Assembly (NCBI GenBank): GCA_001643675.2
Contig: LSRY02000011.1
Location: 496,001 to 560,000, forward strand
Reading direction: 5' to 3'
Length of the DNA: 64,000 nucleotides
Origin: Monocercomonoides exilis PA203
Taxonomy: Eukaryota > Protista > Preaxostyla
This document shows positions 59,227 to 64,000 of the stretch, piece by piece. Made by a program: the position numbers and the translations under genes. The stretch's first letter is position 1. Every line of letters begins with the position of its first letter. The notes under the pieces were generated by a model that made no database searches, was not told the DNA's origin, and worked only from the letters and a program-made list of their open reading frames with translations.

Positions 59227-62200
59227 TTGCTCTTGCTCCTTCTGCTAAATTACCTTCAGTTCATAAAGAACCATCACAATCAGCATCTTCCATTCAACAA
59301 AATTCATCTTCTCAAAATTCAACTTTTGCAAAGCCAACACAAAAACATAAAGTTAACAAAAAGAAGAAGAAAATGTATCAATCATCCACAAGAACTGGGT
59401 TGTCATCTTCTAATTCTGTTGATCCTTCTTCTTCTTCTTCTTCTTCTTCCTCTTTTCCTTCTTCTTTCAACTCCCCCACTCTTTCTCCTTCACAAAAAGC
59501 TCCTCAAAAGCAATCCAATTCAAAGAAAACCAAAAGAAACATGCCAACAACCAGCTTGCAATGTTCTCCTCTATCAACCTCTTCCCAACAAACATCAATT
59601 GAAGAAGAAAAGAAAACTTATTCTTCTCTTCCTTCTCAATCTTCTCATCCGTCAGAAGAGAAGAGGAAACAAACGAAGCCTTCTTATTTCAATGCACAAC
59701 CCTCACGCCCAGTGCTGACAGCAGCTGATTTGCAGTTTGTGGCAATAACACCCTCACAGATGGACGATCCATTCAAAGATGGAGTGTTGTTAACCCCGCC
59801 AAGAAGAAGGAGGAGGAGAGAAGAAGAAGAAGAAGAAAGAGAAGAAAGAGAAAGAGAAAGAGAAAGAGAAGAAGAAGAAGTGTATGCTGCTCCAAAAAGA
59901 CACAGAAAATCACAGAATGAAAAGAAGATGAAGAACAATAGGAACAAGAACAAGAACAAGAATAATAAAATGAACAATTCGAATAATCATAAACTGAAGC
60001 AAAAACATCAGACGAAGCTTGCACGTTCGCTTTATCTTTCATCAAAGTTAGGGAATGTGCTGATAGCTCTGTCTTCTTCTGCCTCTTCCTCACAATTACA
60101 CGAATTATCCAAGAAAACATCAAAATTGGCTAAGAAAACTGGCAATTTCAGAAGTGAGTTGAAAAGGAAAGATAAAAAATACTTATCGGATGCGTCTGAT
60201 GTGATGACAATAGAAGACTCACCAACTTGCACCGCTTCTGTTCTTTCTCCTCTTTCTCCTCCTTCATATGAAAACACACCAGCTGTTTTTCCTTCTCCTT
60301 CTTCTCCCTCTTCCTCTCCTCCTTCTCCTTCTCCTTCTCCTTCTCGCTCGCTTTCTCTTTCTTATTCCCTCTCTCTTTCTTTTTCAGAGCAACCACCACA
60401 AAAGACATATCCAGCACACATTGCCACCTCTTCCAGTGCTTCATTGTCTGTCTCAGATATCGCAATGAGCCTTCCATATGCATCTGAAGAAGCACAAGAG
60501 AGAATAACAAAATCTGCCTCAACACCAATCGCATCTGTATCTCCATTGTGCGAAACACCTTCTCTTTTGTCTGTTGGTGAGTCAGACATTGCAACTGTGT
60601 GTTGCAGTTGCAGTGGAAGTGGGGGTGGAAGTTGCAGTGGAAGCAGAACCAGCATTTACAGCTTCAATAACAGCAACAGTTTAAGCAACAGCATGGATAT
60701 CATCAGCAGTAGTATAAGCAGCAGTAGTAGCAGCAGCAGCAGTTGTTTTTGTTGTGGTACAAGTGATAACAACAACAACACATCTGCTTCAATGAACAGC
60801 CTGACTGATCATCTGAGCATGGCGATTGCGCTGATCAGGGAGTTGCTGAATGAAGAAGCGATGTTTGTGAGTAAAAATGGCAATGAAAGTGAAAGGAGCA
60901 CTCAAAATTTGAGGGTGATGGCGCAAGCTATCAGCAACACACAGCTGAGAAGAAGCATTGAGATAGGATTGGCATTCATTGACTTCTTGATTGACAAAAG
61001 AGAATTGAGAAAAGCGAAACAGGAAAGAGTAACAGCTGCTGCTTCTTGCTCTTCTTCGCTTATTTCTCCATTGCAGACGCCTTCTTCTTTTTCTTCTTTT
61101 TCTTTCTCTCCTTCTCCCTCTTCTCCCTCTCCTTCTCCTTCTTCTTCCTCTTCCTCTTCCTCTTCTTCCCCCGCCACATCTTCCTTCCAGCTGGAATCAC
61201 CCAATTTCCATTCATCTCGAATGCATCATGCCTCCAAAACAGTCAATCGAACACGCATCCACAAAGTGCCCCACACAAATCGAATGGGAAATCACCGCTC
61301 CTCTATTCACACCCCTCGCTTCTATTACAACCAGAATGGAGCAAACTCTTCCTTGTTGAATGCTGAGCTGTCTCCTTCGAATTCTATTGCTTCAAGCGAC
61401 AGCCAGTTTGTGTTCCAGTCACCTGAAGTCGAGGCGGAGCTACTGACTCATCTAAGGTCAATGGAAGGGAATGCATCGACTTCAATGACTTCACCTACTT
61501 CACCTGCTTCACTGATTTCGCTGGCTTCTCCCACAGAACATGGGAATTTAGTCACCCCTCACCAGAAAAGAGGAGTGAAAAGCAACCCTGTCTCACCATT
61601 TATGCAGATTGAGTCGACAAACACAGTTGAATTATCACCTCCAGTTGAAGTGGCTGGTAGAGCAGGAAGAAGAGAAGAAGGAGAAAGAGAAGAAGAAGGT
61701 GAAGGAGGTGAAGAAGGTGAAGGAGAAGAAGCAGAAGAGCAGCCAGCAGTGAATGAAGTGTGGACAGTTGAGCAAGAAGTGGAAGAAGGTGTGGAAAGAA
61801 TGGAAGGAATGGAAGGAGATGCATTGGAAGATGAGGCTGTTCATGAAGAAGGAAGAAATCAGAGTAACTTGGAAGTGCTGGAGATGCTGGAGAATGAAGA
61901 AGTCGGAACAGGACGCTCAGCATCTGCACAGCATGCGTTCGTTGAAGCAGAGAATTGGATAAGTTATGAGGATCTCAACAGCAATGGCTATAACAATAAT
62001 AATAACAGCAATAGCAATAGCAATAGTAATCATAACAATGGCACTGAAGACAACACAAGAACCCGCTTGATGCGAGCGGAAGACATCGAGAGGGCGAGGA
62101 GAGAGGCGCATGTGCACCCGCTTCTTTGGGAGCGGAGGATAGAAGAGCAAGAGAAGAAGAGAATAGCGAGGATCAAAGCAGAGTGGATGAGAGTGCACCC

Positions 62201-64000
62201 GTCGTTGCTGTTTATGAGCAAGAACGAGAAAATGCTGTCTGAACAGATTGAGGCGAATGAGAAGAAGAGAAGAGAAGAAGACAGGATGTCGTTTGTGACG
62301 AGGAATATGATGCGCCCGGAGAAGAGGGAGTGCAAGGGATGGAGTGAGAAAGAGGATGGAGATGAAGATGAAGATGAAGATGAAGATGATGGTGAGAGTG
62401 AAGGCGAAAGGGAAGATGACAAAGAGAGCAGAAGGATTGAAGATGGAGAAGGGGAGGAAAAGGAAGAAAAGGAAGGATATGAGGACATTGAGGAAAAGGA
62501 TGAGGTGAAACGAGATGATGTTGTTGAAGATGAAGATGATGAAGAAGACAACGAAGAATCAGGTGGTGAAAGAGAACAGAAAACACAGGAGCCAAGTGAT
62601 TATTCATTAGAAAGGCGAACACACAAAAAGAAGGTGACAAAGAAAGTTGTGGGAAGTTGGTCATCATCATCCTTCTCAACATCTTCTTCTTCCTCCTCCT
62701 CCTCCTCATCCTCTTCCTTCTCGTACTCCTCAAGCAGCTATCGCAATGAAGAGAACAAAAGAATACAGTCTGAACGGAGAAAGGTGCATCAGAGAAGATG
62801 TTTGGATTCCATTCCAAAGTCAGTTGTTTCTGACCTGTCACAAATTGTGGATGATGTCGAGAACAGTTATAATCCTGATCATTCATCAATGATGTTATCT
62901 TCATCCTCTTCCTCCTCTTCTTCTTCTTCTTCCTCTTCTTCCTCTACTTCATTGTATTCTTCTTCCACTTCCTCTTTACCTCCCATGTGTCCCAACACTC
63001 ACTCACTGCCTGCACTGCTTGAAAGCAGAAGTCATTCCTCTACAAGTTCTCTTGTAGCATCTGCTCCTTCATTAATCTTGACTTCTTCTTCCTCCTCCTC
63101 CTGTTCTTCTTCTTCTCCTTCTCCTTCTTCTCCCTCTTCTGCCCAGCCAGCCTGCCCTCAAAGTGCCTCATCATTAGCTCCACACTCTTTCTCCTTCACT
63201 CCTCAGTCTCAATGTTCCTTGTCTTTATCCCTTTCTCCTTCCTCTCTGCCAATCTCTTCTCCTTCTTCCAACTATGCTGCCCTCGATGCTGCCCAATCCT
63301 CTCCTTCTCTCTTTCTGCCTGTCCCACAGCGCACAAAGGAAGAAATTGAAGAAGACAACGCACGCCAAAGAAACATCATTGCGAAGAAGGAGATTGAGTC
63401 AACCGTTGGAACTGCTATTCAACATTCATTGCCTTCTTCTTTTTCCTCTTCATCATCATCTTCTTCTTCTTCCTCCTCCTCCTCTTCATCCTCTTCTTCT
63501 TCTCGTCCTCCTCTCCTTTTGAGTGCGGCCACATCCTCAGCTTCCGCCTCCACCACCACCACCACTGCCCCAGCATCCAGTATTATTTCCAACAATCATC
63601 AGATTCCAGCATCTCTTGTGCTTCCACCCGATGTTGGGCAAGGCGTGAACTTAACCTCTTTGTTTCCGTCGGTCTCTTCTATTGTTCCAAGCACTTCTCT
63701 TGTCCCTGGCTTCACAAACACCCTCACATCCCTCGTGAGCAACCCGCAAATCAACATCACCCCCGACGAAGAGACAGCAAGGGCACTCTTTATGGCTGTG
63801 GCGCTGGTGCAGAGAGTGAGACCCCACTGGATATCAGAAGCAGTGTGGGAGAAGGAGCAGAGGAAGATGCTGTACAACTTCAGAGCGGTGAGGCAGCAGG
63901 ACAGGGCGATGAGCAGGGCGATGCTGAGGAGGCTGGAGAGGCATTTGCTGAGAGAGCGGAGGATTAAGGAGAAGATGGCGAGGAATAAGAAGAAGAACGA
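53394..64000 (+). CDS. Giant (>3,500 aa) protein with one N-proximal TM helix and an extremely Ser/Pro-rich then Glu-rich low-complexity body; 3' end outside the window
   Basis: The frame starting at ATG 53394 appears open to the window end: no ORF in the track terminates in this frame, and segments I translated are stop-free. TM IWIIPVIFGVCAIIGVTLFFWIYCCY is followed by NKRKRRK. The true start or a 5' exon is uncertain. Confidence 0.8.

Noticed and set aside
53807-63877. Dozens of short poly-Glu/Leu/Phe/Lys ORFs in other frames or on the opposite strand (also across 678-13000 and 15534-24729)
   Set aside because: They are shadows of the low-complexity codons of the giant genes and carry no independent motifs.

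Overview
AT-rich eukaryotic genomic DNA using the standard genetic code and short GT-AG spliceosomal introns. The gene content and style (a giant Cys/Gly-rich receptor-like pseudokinase, very long Ser/Glu low-complexity ORFs, a bacterial-type ferredoxin, GTWTG donors) suggest an anaerobic metamonad protist, most likely an oxymonad such as Monocercomonoides; this is inference, not a database match. I can support 13 protein-coding genes. Several are absent or fragmented in the ORF track, either because they are spliced or because they run off the window. In order: a >4,500-aa LRR protein (minus, 3' end beyond base 1); a 3,094-aa surface receptor/pseudokinase; an NAD-dependent epimerase; an M6PR/ATG27-like receptor; a 73-aa single-cluster [4Fe-4S] ferredoxin in 5 exons with a 10-nt micro-exon; an amino-acid transporter; eRF1; a secreted Cys-rich protein with Gly/Phe repeats; RER1; a Ser-rich disordered protein; a C2H2 zinc-finger protein; a 1,878-aa protein with a degenerate EF-hand; and a >3,500-aa single-TM Ser-rich protein (3' end beyond base 64000). 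The most unusual non-coding signal is a gene-free cluster of related inverted-repeat (foldback/MITE-like) elements at about 25.6-28.0 kb. It includes a ~410-bp hairpin whose right arm is a nearly substitution-free copy of the left arm missing about nine segments. That could be a structured RNA, a product of hairpin-driven deletion, or a long-read assembly artefact.
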